A stretch of 43,246 bases of DNA from Chitinophagales bacterium (GCA_038223395.1 JBBRGZ010000001.1:1-43246); one strand, 5' to 3'; counted from the stretch's first letter, positions 25,022 to 35,373 are shown. Numbers and translations are program-made. Notes: generated from the sequence alone by a model not told the origin.

Positions 25022-25071
25022 GTAACAATAGTATCAAATAAAAAAAATTAGGGATACTGTTGTTACTTTTT
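25022..25071 (+). terminator. hairpin plus T-run after hppD
   Basis: GTAACAATAGTATC ... GATACTGTTGTTAC forms a 14 bp stem with one G-U pair, followed by TTTTT. Confidence 0.45.
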
Positions 25072-25087
25072 CAATTTATAGGAGTAC

Positions 25088-26353
25088 ATGGAAAAACATT
25101 TAAATGAGAATAACTATCAACAATTTGAAGCATTGTTTCATCATGCAACTATAGGTATTATTATATCGGATACAGAAGGTACAATTTTAAATATTAACAC
25201 AACTGCAGCAGATATTTTTCAATATGAAAAAAATGAATTGATGGGAATGAAAATAGAAGTTCTACTTCCTCCCCAATTCCAACATTCGCATCAAAAAAAC
25301 AGAGAATCCTTTTACTCAAATCCGCATAATAGGGAGATGGGGACCAATCGCGATTTATTTGGATTGAAAAAAGATGGTAGAACTGTTCCTGTAGAGATTA
25401 GTTTAAGTTATTACAAAATTGAAGCAGCGTTATATGCGATTGCATTTGTTATTGACATTTCAGTAAGAAAGGGGAATGAAGAGCAAATGCTAGCGCAAAA
25501 AACAGAGCTTTTAAAAAAATCAGAAGAAATAATTTCTCTCAATATTGGATTAGAGAAAAAAATAGAAGACAGAACAATGATGCTTCGTGAAACCATGCGC
25601 GAACTTGAAAATTCAAAACAGGAATTGAGTGAAGCTTTAAATAAAGAAATGGAATTAAGCGATTTAAAGTCGCGATTTGTAACCATGGCATCGCACGAAT
25701 TCAGAACTCCGTTAAGCACCATCCTTTCATCAGCTTCTTTATTAAAAAAATATACTACAACTGATCAACAAGATAAACGCGATAAACATATTAGTAGAAT
25801 TATGAATGCTGTAGATAGCATGAAAAATATTCTCGAAGATTTTTTATCCTTAGGCAAATTAGAAGATGGTTCAGTTACAACGCGTTTCGAAATATTGGAT
25901 GCTAATGATTGCGCGCATGCCCTAACAACGCTTATTGAAGACATGCAACAGCTTTGTAAAAATGGTCAACAAATAAAATTTACACATGTAGGCGCAGTGA
26001 TGGTTGAAAGTGATTTAACTCTGATTAAACAAATATTGGTCAATCTTATTTCTAACGCTATTAAATTTTCAACCGAAAATGCAATTATTGAAATTAGTTG
26101 TGATATTAATTCTGAGATAATTTATTTGATTGTTAAAGACAGCGGAATTGGCATATCAGAAGAAGATATGGCACATTTATTTGAAAGATTTTTTAGAGCT
26201 AAAAACGTTTCTAATATTCAAGGAACCGGATTAGGGCTTCACATAGTATCAAAATATCTTGAATTATTACAAGGGAATATTACCTGTAAGAGTATTTTGA
26301 ATGAAGGCACCACATTTATAGTTAACATACCTAATAAATATCATATTAATTAG
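25088..26353 (+). CDS. PAS-domain sensor histidine kinase (cytoplasmic)
   Basis: It has a PAS region, a coiled-coil linker, an H-box (MASHEFRTPLS), an N-box (LISNAIKFS), G1 (DSGIGI) and G2 (GTGLGL). There are no TM segments. Confidence 0.9.
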   Translation: MEKHLNENNYQQFEALFHHATIGIIISDTEGTILNINTTAADIFQYEKNELMGMKIEVLLPPQFQHSHQKNRESFYSNPHNREMGTNRDLFGLKKDGRTVPVEISLSYYKIEAALYAIAFVIDISVRKGNEEQMLAQKTELLKKSEEIISLNIGLEKKIEDRTMMLRETMRELENSKQELSEALNKEMELSDLKSRFVTMASHEFRTPLSTILSSASLLKKYTTTDQQDKRDKHISRIMNAVDSMKNILEDFLSLGKLEDGSVTTRFEILDANDCAHALTTLIEDMQQLCKNGQQIKFTHVGAVMVESDLTLIKQILVNLISNAIKFSTENAIIEISCDINSEIIYLIVKDSGIGISEEDMAHLFERFFRAKNVSNIQGTGLGLHIVSKYLELLQGNITCKSILNEGTTFIVNIPNKYHIN

Positions 26354-26358
26354 AACTT

Positions 26359-27420
26359 ATGAAGAAGAAAATCTTACTTATAGAAGATAATGCTGAATTG
26401 CGTGAAAACACGGTTGAAATTTTAGAGTTGGCCAATTTTGATGTACTCTCCGCTGAAAATGGAAAAATTGGCGTTGATATAGCGATAAAAGAAAAACCGG
26501 ATTTAATTATTTGCGATATTATGATGCCGGTGCTTGATGGATATGGTGTAATCCATTTGTTGGGATTAAACGAAGAAACAAAACATATTCCTTTTATTTT
26601 CTTAACCGCTAAAACAGAAAAATCCGATTTTAGAAAAGGAATGGAAATGGGCGCTGATGATTATATTACAAAACCTTTTGATGATGTAGAATTATTAAGA
26701 GCAATAGAAATACGTTTTAAAAAACATGATTTATTAAAAGCTGCATATTCCAACGATTTGCAAGGCGTTAATGCGTTTATCGACAATGCAAATTCAAATG
26801 CAGGTTTAACCCTTACATCAGATACACGCGAAATTCGCGAATATAAAAAGAAACAAATTTTATATTCCGAAAATAACCGACCTCATTATATTTATTTTGT
26901 AATAAAAGGTAAGGTGAAAACTTATCTCATTAATGATGAAGGCAAAGAACTTATCAATGCAATTTATACAAACGGAGATTTTTTGGGATATACTGCTATA
27001 TTAGAAGAAAAACCCTACGCAGAAAATGCTGATTTTATGGAAGATTCCGAATTGATGCTAATTCCTAAAGAAGATTTTATAACACTGATAAATCATGACA
27101 TGTTAGTAGCACAACAATTTATCAAATTACTTTCAAAAAATATTGCAGAAAAAGAAGAAAAATTAATTGCGCTGGCATACAACTCCCTGCGCAAACGTGT
27201 GGCTGCAAATCTGATGGATGTTTATGATATTTATAAAAAAACCGATCCGGACAATCCGAAAGTAGAAATTTCGAGGGAAAATTTGGCACGCGTGGTAGGC
27301 ACAGCAAAAGAATCATTAATAAGAACTTTAAGTGATTTTAAAGAAGAAAAATTAATAGATATTAGAGAAGGTAAAATTTACATTACGAATGAAAACAAAT
27401 TACGCAATCTGCCATTTTGA
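26359..27420 (+). CDS. response regulator: receiver domain fused to Crp/Fnr-type cNMP-binding and HTH domains
   Basis: The REC domain has DIMMPVLDG, LTAK and KPF. It is followed by a cNMP-binding beta-roll and a C-terminal HTH (RENLARVVGTAKESLIRTLSDF). It starts 5 nt after the kinase gene. Confidence 0.85.
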   Translation: MKKKILLIEDNAELRENTVEILELANFDVLSAENGKIGVDIAIKEKPDLIICDIMMPVLDGYGVIHLLGLNEETKHIPFIFLTAKTEKSDFRKGMEMGADDYITKPFDDVELLRAIEIRFKKHDLLKAAYSNDLQGVNAFIDNANSNAGLTLTSDTREIREYKKKQILYSENNRPHYIYFVIKGKVKTYLINDEGKELINAIYTNGDFLGYTAILEEKPYAENADFMEDSELMLIPKEDFITLINHDMLVAQQFIKLLSKNIAEKEEKLIALAYNSLRKRVAANLMDVYDIYKKTDPDNPKVEISRENLARVVGTAKESLIRTLSDFKEEKLIDIREGKIYITNENKLRNLPF

Positions 27421-27433
27421 AAATACGGGGATG

Positions 27434-27781
27434 TTATTTTTGGCTTAACATCTCTCCTTCTTGATTTTGTCTTTCAAGTGTCCAGGCCTCCGTTAATGTT
27501 GTTTCTACCCATACCGTTCCTGCTTTTCGGTAGATAAGAATATCAAAACCCATTTGCGTGAAATATTCTTTTAATATTTTAACAGTATACTCTTTATTAA
27601 TCTGTATATCATGCCACGGGAAATTGGCATTTGCCTTAATTTTTTGATGCGACTTTAATGGCTCATAAACCATTTGGGCACCATCGCCTTTCGTCTTATA
27701 TATTTCAATTTGAAGAAAGGGGAATTGTGTATTGAATTCCGATTTTAATTCTGCAACTGATTTATTTTCTGTAATTTTCAT
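27434..27781 (-). CDS. hypothetical protein (~115 aa)
   Basis: The ORF has an uncertain start. The track gives 27883, but I prefer the internal MKITENKSVAELKSEF start at 27781 because the upstream residues look like AT-rich read-through. Confidence 0.45.
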   Translation of the reverse strand: MKITENKSVAELKSEFNTQFPFLQIEIYKTKGDGAQMVYEPLKSHQKIKANANFPWHDIQINKEYTVKILKEYFTQMGFDILIYRKAGTVWVETTLTEAWTLERQNQEGEMLSQK

Positions 27782-28054
27782 TTGACAATCAATAATGGTC
27801 AATTTATTTAATACTGGGTAAGTCATATTGTAATCCAACGCAAATTTTATACATAAATACAAAAGTGAAAAAAATGTATACACCTAAAGATGATATAAAT
27901 CACCAGAGGACATGATGTTGGTTTATATACAAGGATTAAGCTTTAGCATTTGCAGATTGTGCTTCATAAATTAGAGGTCCATCTATAAGCATAAGAGTAT
28001 AAAGACATTCTCCCTTAAGGAAAAGTTATTGATGAGACAAATAATACCTTCTCC

Positions 28055-28819
28055 CTATAAAAAAAAAGAATTAATAGACTTTAACAACTCAACAGGATTG
28101 TCAGCATGCACCCAATGGCCGGCATTTGCAACAGTAATTAAAGTTGCATTAGGAAACACATTTTGAATCGCATCCCAATCAGAATTTATTATATATTTTG
28201 AATTTTCTCCTCGCACGAATTCTACTGCACCTGAATAGGATTGAGTTGCTTTTACCGGCCCCAAAATTTCGTTATTGTAATTCGCAAACAACGCTTCTAA
28301 ATTAAACTTCCAATGATAAACTCCTTCTGAAGTTCTTGTTAAATTTTTAAGTAAAAATTGTTGGACGCCTATATCAGAAAGCAAAGTACTCAAAGCAACC
28401 TCCGCATCTTTACGCGAATGAATTTCAGATAATTTGAGGGATTGTAAAGCTTCAAAAATAGCATCATGTCCACCGGGATAACGTTTAATACCCATATCAA
28501 CTACCATGAGCTTATCCACTTTGTCAGGAAAATTCAAAGCAAATTGCATTGCCGTTTTTCCGCCCATAGAATGTCCTATAATATTTGCTGAGGAAATATT
28601 ATGTTGAATAAAAAAATCATTCAAATCCTGCGCCATTAAAATATAAGAATGTTCGGGCACATGTGGCGACTTGCCGTGATTGCGTTGGTCAATTAAATAT
28701 ACTGTAAAATTATTTTCTAATTGGCGCGCAATTGATTTCCAATTATCAAGCATCCCAAAAAGTCCGTGCAAAATAATAAGAGGATGACCTGAACCTGATT
28801 TAATAAAATGGAGTTTCAT
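28055..28819 (-). CDS. alpha/beta hydrolase (YbfF-like esterase)
   Basis: It has an HGLFG oxyanion region, a GHSMGG nucleophile elbow and a C-terminal GHWVH. Confidence 0.85.
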   Translation of the reverse strand: MKLHFIKSGSGHPLIILHGLFGMLDNWKSIARQLENNFTVYLIDQRNHGKSPHVPEHSYILMAQDLNDFFIQHNISSANIIGHSMGGKTAMQFALNFPDKVDKLMVVDMGIKRYPGGHDAIFEALQSLKLSEIHSRKDAEVALSTLLSDIGVQQFLLKNLTRTSEGVYHWKFNLEALFANYNNEILGPVKATQSYSGAVEFVRGENSKYIINSDWDAIQNVFPNATLITVANAGHWVHADNPVELLKSINSFFL

Positions 28820-28907
28820 ACTAGCTGGCTATGCAATTTTGTTATAAATATAACAACAACTCAACAATTTGGTTCTTAATACATTTGGTGTTTTTTGCAG
28901 AAAATTA

Positions 28908-29843
28908 TTATTTCATCTTCATACGTTTTACAATATACGGTTGCAAAACCTGTTTGAAATCTTTATTCATGTCGGCCTCAATAAAATCAATATTATATTG
29001 ATGGCAGCGCAATTTTAACGATTTCATGAATTTTTCCATTTGTTCAGTATAATGTGCCTTTACTTCATTGCTTCGCACTTTTACTTTTTCACCGGATTCC
29101 ATATCCACAAAAACATAAGGACGATTGTCGTACGTAAAATCTATTTCGTGTTTTTTATCTACCACATGAAATAAAATAACTTCGTGTTTATTATGTTTTA
29201 GATGTTGCAGGGCAGCAAATAAATCTTCGATATTTTCTCCGCCTTCAAACATATCGCTAAAAATAATAACCAAACTTCTGCGATGCACATTTTCTGCAAT
29301 CAGGTGCAAACTTTTACTGGCATTTGTTTTCAAATTTCTGGATGACTTTCCAATAAAATTTTCAAGTTGCGATTGCAATAATTTTTGATGCACAATATTA
29401 CTCGCTGCCTTTGTATGCAGCAGAATATCATCTGCAAAAATTGTCATTCCGGCTGCATCCCTTTGCAATTTGAGTAAATGCATAATTGCGCTGGCACATA
29501 CAGCAGAAAAAATGAGTTTATTAATATGCAAACCTTGCGCATTTTTTTCTGCCTCCGGAAAATACATACTTGAAGAAGCATCCAACACAATTTGACATCG
29601 CAAATTTGTTTCTTCCTCATATTTTTTTGTAAACAACTTATCTGTTCTGCCATACACTTTCCAATCTATATGGCGGGTGGTTTCGCCTGGATTATAAATT
29701 CTATGCTCTGCAAATTCTACCGAAAAACCATGGAAAGGACTTTTATGCAAACCGAGAATAAACCCTTCAACAACTTGTTTAGCAAGTAAGTCAAGATTTT
29801 CGATACTGCGCAGGTCCTGAATGGAAATTAATTGTTGCGACAT
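28908..29843 (-). CDS. DUF58 domain protein (vWA-like)
   Basis: It contains HGFSVEFAEHRIYNPGETTRHIDWKVYGRTDKLFTKKYEEE, which is characteristic of DUF58. Confidence 0.85.
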   Translation of the reverse strand: MSQQLISIQDLRSIENLDLLAKQVVEGFILGLHKSPFHGFSVEFAEHRIYNPGETTRHIDWKVYGRTDKLFTKKYEEETNLRCQIVLDASSSMYFPEAEKNAQGLHINKLIFSAVCASAIMHLLKLQRDAAGMTIFADDILLHTKAASNIVHQKLLQSQLENFIGKSSRNLKTNASKSLHLIAENVHRRSLVIIFSDMFEGGENIEDLFAALQHLKHNKHEVILFHVVDKKHEIDFTYDNRPYVFVDMESGEKVKVRSNEVKAHYTEQMEKFMKSLKLRCHQYNIDFIEADMNKDFKQVLQPYIVKRMKMK

Positions 29844-29873
29844 GGTTTTAATAATTTAATACAAATAAACAAT

Positions 29874-29903
29874 AAAAAAGCCTTCCATCAAACGAAGGAA
29901 GGC
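29874..29903 (-). terminator. rho-independent terminator of trxA (bidirectional shape)
   Basis: The stem GCCTTCC ... GGAAGGC is flanked by an A6 run and a T4 run. The minus strand has the longer U-tract. Confidence 0.6.
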
Positions 29904-29926
29904 TTTTGTTAGGTATGTTTAACAAA

Positions 29927-30244
29927 TTACATATGTTGTTTTACTTTGGCATCAAGCACACTTTTTGCTGCTGCCCCTACTTGTTTGTCAATCACTTCTC
30001 CGTTTTTAATAAACAAAATAGTTGGGATATTGCGAATACCATACATCATAGAAATTTCAGGATTAAAATCGACGTTTACTTTGCCGATATTTACCTTTCC
30101 TTCATAATCTTTAGACAATTCTTCAATTACAGGGCCAACAACGCGACAAGGACCGCACCATTCTGCCCAAAAATCGATTACTGTAAGTTTTTCGCTTTCA
30201 AGCACATCTTGCTTGAAGTTTGCATCGTTAAATTCTAATGCCAT
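29927..30244 (-). CDS. trxA: thioredoxin
   Basis: It is 105 aa with the active site WAEWCGPC. Confidence 0.95.
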   Translation of the reverse strand: MALEFNDANFKQDVLESEKLTVIDFWAEWCGPCRVVGPVIEELSKDYEGKVNIGKVNVDFNPEISMMYGIRNIPTILFIKNGEVIDKQVGAAAKSVLDAKVKQHM

Positions 30245-30351
30245 AATAATTTTTTGATTTATTGGTTTATAATTAAGAACATATTTAAAACAAAATGACT
30301 TGGGATTAGTTCCTGATTATGACAAACATTGCGCTAATCCTGAATACAAAT

Positions 30352-33300
30352 TTAACCCGCTACTTTTAAACTTACTTCTCCAAATTTCCCCAAACTGTTC
30401 AAAACCGGACTTTCTGCCTTGATACAGCCGTTTTGCGTGCGGAAAACAACGTCAAAATTCTCCGTTTCCTCCATTATTTTCAGCGAAATCCTATCTTTTC
30501 CAGGGTGTTCTTTAATAAGTTTGCTAACAGCGTCCAAAAATTTAGAATTTAAGTCGGATAAAGAAATACTCAGGGTAATTTTCATCGATTTCTTATCTCT
30601 AATCTCACTCAATAATTGGATATCGGTAACCCAAAAGCGTTTTCGTTCTGCGTCGTTTCTATCGGTTTGATAGTTACCCTTTACATATAATACATTGCCG
30701 GTTTGGTCAACGTAATTTTTAAACTTGATATAATTCGTTTTAAATAATCCGAGTTCAATATGATCGGTAAAATCTTCAAGTGAAAAAATTGTATATTTAT
30801 CTCCTGATTTTCCAACTTTTGTATCAGTTGATGCAATATATCCAACTATACAAACTTCGCCTTTGTCTGTAAATTTTTCGAGTTCATTTATTGCACAGGT
30901 TTTAAATGCATCAACTTCAATTCTAAAATCATCTAAAGGATGGCCACTTAAATAAATTCCGATAACCTCAAATTCTTTTTTTAATTTTTCAACAGTATTC
31001 CATTCGGGCCATTCAGGAATTTTAGGCTCTGCAATTTCTGCATCTAATGAATCGCCAAACAACGTGTTTTGAGCATTATTTACATTACCGGTAAAATTAT
31101 TTCCATAACGAATTGCTGTTTCCAAAACATTTAAATTTTCATTTTTGGAAACTGCAAAATATTGCGAACGAAACACATTAAAACTGTCGAAAGCGCCGGC
31201 TAAAACGAGCGACTCGAGAGTCTTTTTATTTACGCTGCGCAAATTAACCCTGCGTGTTAAATCGTATAAACTTTTAAAAGGACCATTTTCATCGCGCTCG
31301 CGAATTAATTCAATAACTGCAGCTTCTCCTACACCTTTTATCGCCGTTAATCCAAATCTAATTTCGCCATTTTTATTTACAGCAAAGGTTACATTACTTT
31401 CATTTACGTCTGGCGCCAAAACCGAAATTCCCATTCTACGACATTCATCCATAAAGAAACTTACCTTTTCGATATTTCCTTGATTATGTGTTAACACAGC
31501 ACTCATATATTCTGCGGGATAATTTGCTTTTAACCAAGCGGTTTGATAAGCAACTAATGCATAACAAGTTGAGTGCGATTTATTAAATGCATATTGTGCA
31601 AACGACTCCCAATCAGTCCAAATTTTTTCGCAAACTTTTTTATCGAATTTATTTTCTTCGCAACCCGAAATAAATTTCGATTTCATTTTATCAAGAACTT
31701 CCTTTTGCTTTTTACCCATTGCTTTGCGCAAGGTATCTGCATCGCCTTTTGTAAAATTGCCGAGTCGCTGCGAAAGCAACATCACTTGTTCTTGATAAAC
31801 TGTTACTCCGTAAGTTTCTTTTAATATCTCCTCCATTTCGGGCAAATCGTAAATAATTTCCTCACGACCATGCTTGCGTTTAATGTAAGTAGGTATATAT
31901 TCAATCGGACCCGGGCGATATAATGCGTTCATCGCAATAAGGTCTTCAAATTTATCTGGTTTTAATTCTTTGAGATATTTCTGCATGCCCGGACTTTCAA
32001 ACTGAAAAGTTCCGTTTGTTTCCCCGCGTTGGTATAATTCAAATGTAGTTTGATCTTCGAGTGTGATATTATCAATTTCAATAACAACTCCATGATTTTT
32101 TTTGATAAGCATCAAGGCAGTTTTCAAAATGGAAAGGGTTCTCAATCCCAAAAAGTCCATTTTAATTACACCGGCACTTTCAATTACTTCACCGTCATAT
32201 TGTGTAATATATAAATTAGAATCTTTCGCAACTGCAATTGGCAATAAATCGGTTAAATCTTGCGGCGCAATTATCAAACCTGCTGCGTGAACTCCGGTAT
32301 TGCGCACGCTACCTTCCAATATTAATGCTTCTTTAATTACTTTGGATCTTAAATCCTTTTCATCCTCAAAAATTTTGCGCAAAATTTTTGCATTCGAAAT
32401 ATCATCAGCTTGTAACCCTTCTTTATCAGCTAAACTTCCCTCACCTGTTAAAGGCGCATGCATAATTCTGTTCAAGCTAATACCAGGCCGATCAGATATT
32501 AATTTACTCAACGCATTACTTTCTGAAATTGGCATATCTAAAACGCGTGCAACATCTTTTAAACTTGATTTTGCCGCCATTGTGCCATAAGTAATTAATT
32601 GTGCTACCTGATTTTTTCCATATTTTTCAACAACGTAATCTATTACTTTTTGTCGGCCATCATCATCAAAATCTGTATCAATATCCGGCATTGATTTTCT
32701 ATCCGGATTTAAAAAACGTTCGAATAGCAGGTTGTATTTCATTGGGTCAATATTGGTAATACTGATACAATAAGCAACAACAGAACCTGCTGCAGAACCT
32801 CTTCCAGGGCCTATAAATACACCCATATCGCGACCTGCTTTTATAAAATCCATAACAATGAGAAAGTAACCTGCAAATCCCATTGTTTTAATTGTAAATA
32901 ATTCGAAATTGATGCGTTCTTCCGCTTCTGAAGATATTTCTCCATATCTTTTTTTGGCTCCTTCAAAAGTTAAAAATTTTAAATATTCCCATTGATTTAA
33001 AGTATCATCCGCATGAATTTTAAATTCTGTTGGCAAAGGAAAAGCGGGTAGTAAAATGTCGCGTTTTAAATCAAGCAGTTGTATTTTATCTACAATTTCG
33101 TTTGTATTATCAATTGATTCAGGCACGTCCTCAAACAATCGAATCATTTCTTCCGATTTTTTAAAGTAGAACTGATCGTTATAAAAAGCAAAACGTTTTC
33201 CTTTGCTCATCATATCGTCATCACCAAAATCTTTCATTTTTGGTGTTGCCTGTTTTTCGCCGGTATTAATGCATAAGAGAATATCATGTGCATTTGCATC

Positions 33301-33960
33301 TTCCTGATCAACATAATGCGCATCGTTGGTTGCAATTACTTTTACATCGTATTTTTTCGCAAATTGCATTAAAGCATCGTTCACATAAATCTGGTCGGGG
33401 ATGTCGTGACGTTGTAATTCGATATAATAATCTTCACCAAATAAATTATGCCACCATTTAAAAATTTCTTCTGCTTCAGCTTTATTTTTTTTCATAATTG
33501 CACGCGGAACCTCTGCTGCTAAACAGCAAGTTGTTGCGATTAATCCTTCGTGATATTTTTCAACTATTTTTTTATCAATACGCGGATATTTTCCATACAT
33601 GCCTTGTGTATATCCCAAGGAACACATTTTTACAAGATTTTTGTATCCGATTTCATTCTTTGCAAGTAAAACCTGATGATAACGCACATCCTTTTCCTCA
33701 CGCGTAAAAGATTTGCGCTCCATATTATCCACTATATAAAACTCGCAACCTACTATAGGTTTTATTTTTAGACTTCCATCATCGTTTTTATGTTTATATG
33801 CCTCGGCCACAAACTGAAAGGCGCCAAACATATTGCCATGGTCTGTTATTGCAAGAGCAGGCATTTCGTCAGCCAAAGCCTTACTGTAAAGCTTTTTAAT
33901 ATCGCTTGCTCCGTCGAGCAGCGAAAACATTGTATGATTATGGAGATGCGAAAACTTCAT
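30352..33960 (-). CDS. dnaE: DNA polymerase III alpha subunit
   Basis: It is 1202 aa with an N-terminal PHP domain (HLHNHTMFSLLDGA), the polymerase core and an OB fold. Confidence 0.97.
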   Translation of the reverse strand: MKFSHLHNHTMFSLLDGASDIKKLYSKALADEMPALAITDHGNMFGAFQFVAEAYKHKNDDGSLKIKPIVGCEFYIVDNMERKSFTREEKDVRYHQVLLAKNEIGYKNLVKMCSLGYTQGMYGKYPRIDKKIVEKYHEGLIATTCCLAAEVPRAIMKKNKAEAEEIFKWWHNLFGEDYYIELQRHDIPDQIYVNDALMQFAKKYDVKVIATNDAHYVDQEDANAHDILLCINTGEKQATPKMKDFGDDDMMSKGKRFAFYNDQFYFKKSEEMIRLFEDVPESIDNTNEIVDKIQLLDLKRDILLPAFPLPTEFKIHADDTLNQWEYLKFLTFEGAKKRYGEISSEAEERINFELFTIKTMGFAGYFLIVMDFIKAGRDMGVFIGPGRGSAAGSVVAYCISITNIDPMKYNLLFERFLNPDRKSMPDIDTDFDDDGRQKVIDYVVEKYGKNQVAQLITYGTMAAKSSLKDVARVLDMPISESNALSKLISDRPGISLNRIMHAPLTGEGSLADKEGLQADDISNAKILRKIFEDEKDLRSKVIKEALILEGSVRNTGVHAAGLIIAPQDLTDLLPIAVAKDSNLYITQYDGEVIESAGVIKMDFLGLRTLSILKTALMLIKKNHGVVIEIDNITLEDQTTFELYQRGETNGTFQFESPGMQKYLKELKPDKFEDLIAMNALYRPGPIEYIPTYIKRKHGREEIIYDLPEMEEILKETYGVTVYQEQVMLLSQRLGNFTKGDADTLRKAMGKKQKEVLDKMKSKFISGCEENKFDKKVCEKIWTDWESFAQYAFNKSHSTCYALVAYQTAWLKANYPAEYMSAVLTHNQGNIEKVSFFMDECRRMGISVLAPDVNESNVTFAVNKNGEIRFGLTAIKGVGEAAVIELIRERDENGPFKSLYDLTRRVNLRSVNKKTLESLVLAGAFDSFNVFRSQYFAVSKNENLNVLETAIRYGNNFTGNVNNAQNTLFGDSLDAEIAEPKIPEWPEWNTVEKLKKEFEVIGIYLSGHPLDDFRIEVDAFKTCAINELEKFTDKGEVCIVGYIASTDTKVGKSGDKYTIFSLEDFTDHIELGLFKTNYIKFKNYVDQTGNVLYVKGNYQTDRNDAERKRFWVTDIQLLSEIRDKKSMKITLSISLSDLNSKFLDAVSKLIKEHPGKDRISLKIMEETENFDVVFRTQNGCIKAESPVLNSLGKFGEVSLKVAG

Positions 33961-34142
33961 TTTAAAGGATTGCTAAAATAAGAAATTGCGCGCTCCAAAA
34001 GTTCACTTTTGGGCTTTATTTTTTAACAGCTTGTGCACAAATAATATTAAAATATCGGAGGAATGTCAAATTCCCCCTAAAATGCCCATTTACATCAGAA
34101 ATAAAAAATATTAATGTGTAACTTTAATTTTAGACAAATATT

Positions 34143-35372
34143 ATGATGCGGATATTGATTATCATATACTTATGTTTACTTTCTTGTGCTATAACTGCAC
34201 AAAATAACGTATGGATTCGCACAGGAATTACCGATACTGTAATTAGCGTTACTGAAAATGCAGGAAATATTTGGGTTGCTACTCAAAATGCAGGAATACA
34301 AGTGCTCAATCCCTTTACAGGAGAAATAACAGATTACAATACTCAAAACCTACAAGTAGGCACTAATGATTTCAGAATAATTCATGCGTTTAATAATAAG
34401 ATTTATGCCGGTTCATTTTCGGGAGGTTTGTACATTTATGACAATAATATTTGGAGTTGGATTGATACGTCTAATTCGCCATTACCAAGTAGCAATGTAA
34501 CAGATATTGCATACGATTCTTTAGATGCGATTTTATGGATAGCTACAGACAAAGGTTTAGCAAGGGTGCAAAATAATGTTTGGCAAATAATGGATTCCAT
34601 TAATTCGCCTCTAAGAAGCACCTATATAAAATGTTTATTATTGGATGAAAATAACATCTTATGGATTGGTACAAAATATGGTGGTGTAACAAAATTAGAA
34701 GCTGATGTATATACAAATTATCACTTCGATAATTCAGGTTTAAATTCAAATTTAATAAGGACAATTATAAGTGATGGAAAAGGGATATTGTATATTGCTG
34801 ATTATTTAGGTGTAGACAAATTTGAAGTAGAAACCGAAATTTGGTTATTTGTTTATAATACATTTACGAGTCAGCTAACACATAATAGTGTTAATCGATT
34901 GGCAATTGATGATGAAGGTTATATCTGGTTTGTTACCCACAACGGAATTACGAAATCAACCGACGATGGCGCATGGGATCAGTATTTTACAACCAATTCA
35001 AACATTCCTGCAAACACGGCTGATGGATTGTGGATAGATGAAAACAGAAATGTTTGGGCAGGCACTTATGGAGGACTTGCAATTTTGAATAGTTCGGGAT
35101 TTACTTTCCCACAACAAAAAGGTCAACTTTTAATTTATCCCAACCCGGCGAGAAATACAATACATTTAAATTTAAATGTTACACCGGATTTAGCAATTGA
35201 AATAACCATTTATGATGTATTTGGACAAATGATATTAATGAAAACTCCAGATGTATATTATTTTGGTGAAACAGATTATGCATTAGATATTAGCAAACTA
35301 AATAAAGGCATGTATTTTGTACAGGCGAAAACAAATGCCGAAGTATTATCAGGTTCATTTATTATAAATTAA
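34143..35372 (+). CDS. two-component-regulator-propeller (Reg_prop) repeat protein with T9SS C-terminal sorting domain
   Basis: It has a signal peptide, repeated ...NxxxIxxDxxGxxWIGTxxG... units, and a CTD (LLIYPNPARNTIHLNL...GMYFVQAK). Confidence 0.75.
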   Translation: MMRILIIIYLCLLSCAITAQNNVWIRTGITDTVISVTENAGNIWVATQNAGIQVLNPFTGEITDYNTQNLQVGTNDFRIIHAFNNKIYAGSFSGGLYIYDNNIWSWIDTSNSPLPSSNVTDIAYDSLDAILWIATDKGLARVQNNVWQIMDSINSPLRSTYIKCLLLDENNILWIGTKYGGVTKLEADVYTNYHFDNSGLNSNLIRTIISDGKGILYIADYLGVDKFEVETEIWLFVYNTFTSQLTHNSVNRLAIDDEGYIWFVTHNGITKSTDDGAWDQYFTTNSNIPANTADGLWIDENRNVWAGTYGGLAILNSSGFTFPQQKGQLLIYPNPARNTIHLNLNVTPDLAIEITIYDVFGQMILMKTPDVYYFGETDYALDISKLNKGMYFVQAKTNAEVLSGSFIIN

Positions 35373-35373
35373 T

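Noticed and set aside
29906-30238. 110 aa plus-strand ORF covering the thioredoxin locus
   Set aside because: It is exactly antisense to a textbook trxA (WCGPC) on the minus strand, and its own sequence is Phe/Cys/Asn-rich nonsense.
31243-31254. 12-nt exact match (TTAACCCTGCGT) inside dnaE to the inner arm of the 6572-6780 element
   Set aside because: It lies in frame within conserved dnaE coding sequence (…LTRRVNL…). A single 12-mer coincidence is expected by chance when ~200 element k-mers are compared against 86 kb of two-strand sequence.
33790-33981. 63 aa plus-strand ORF spanning the dnaE start
   Set aside because: It is antisense to the dnaE PHP domain, so it is a shadow ORF.
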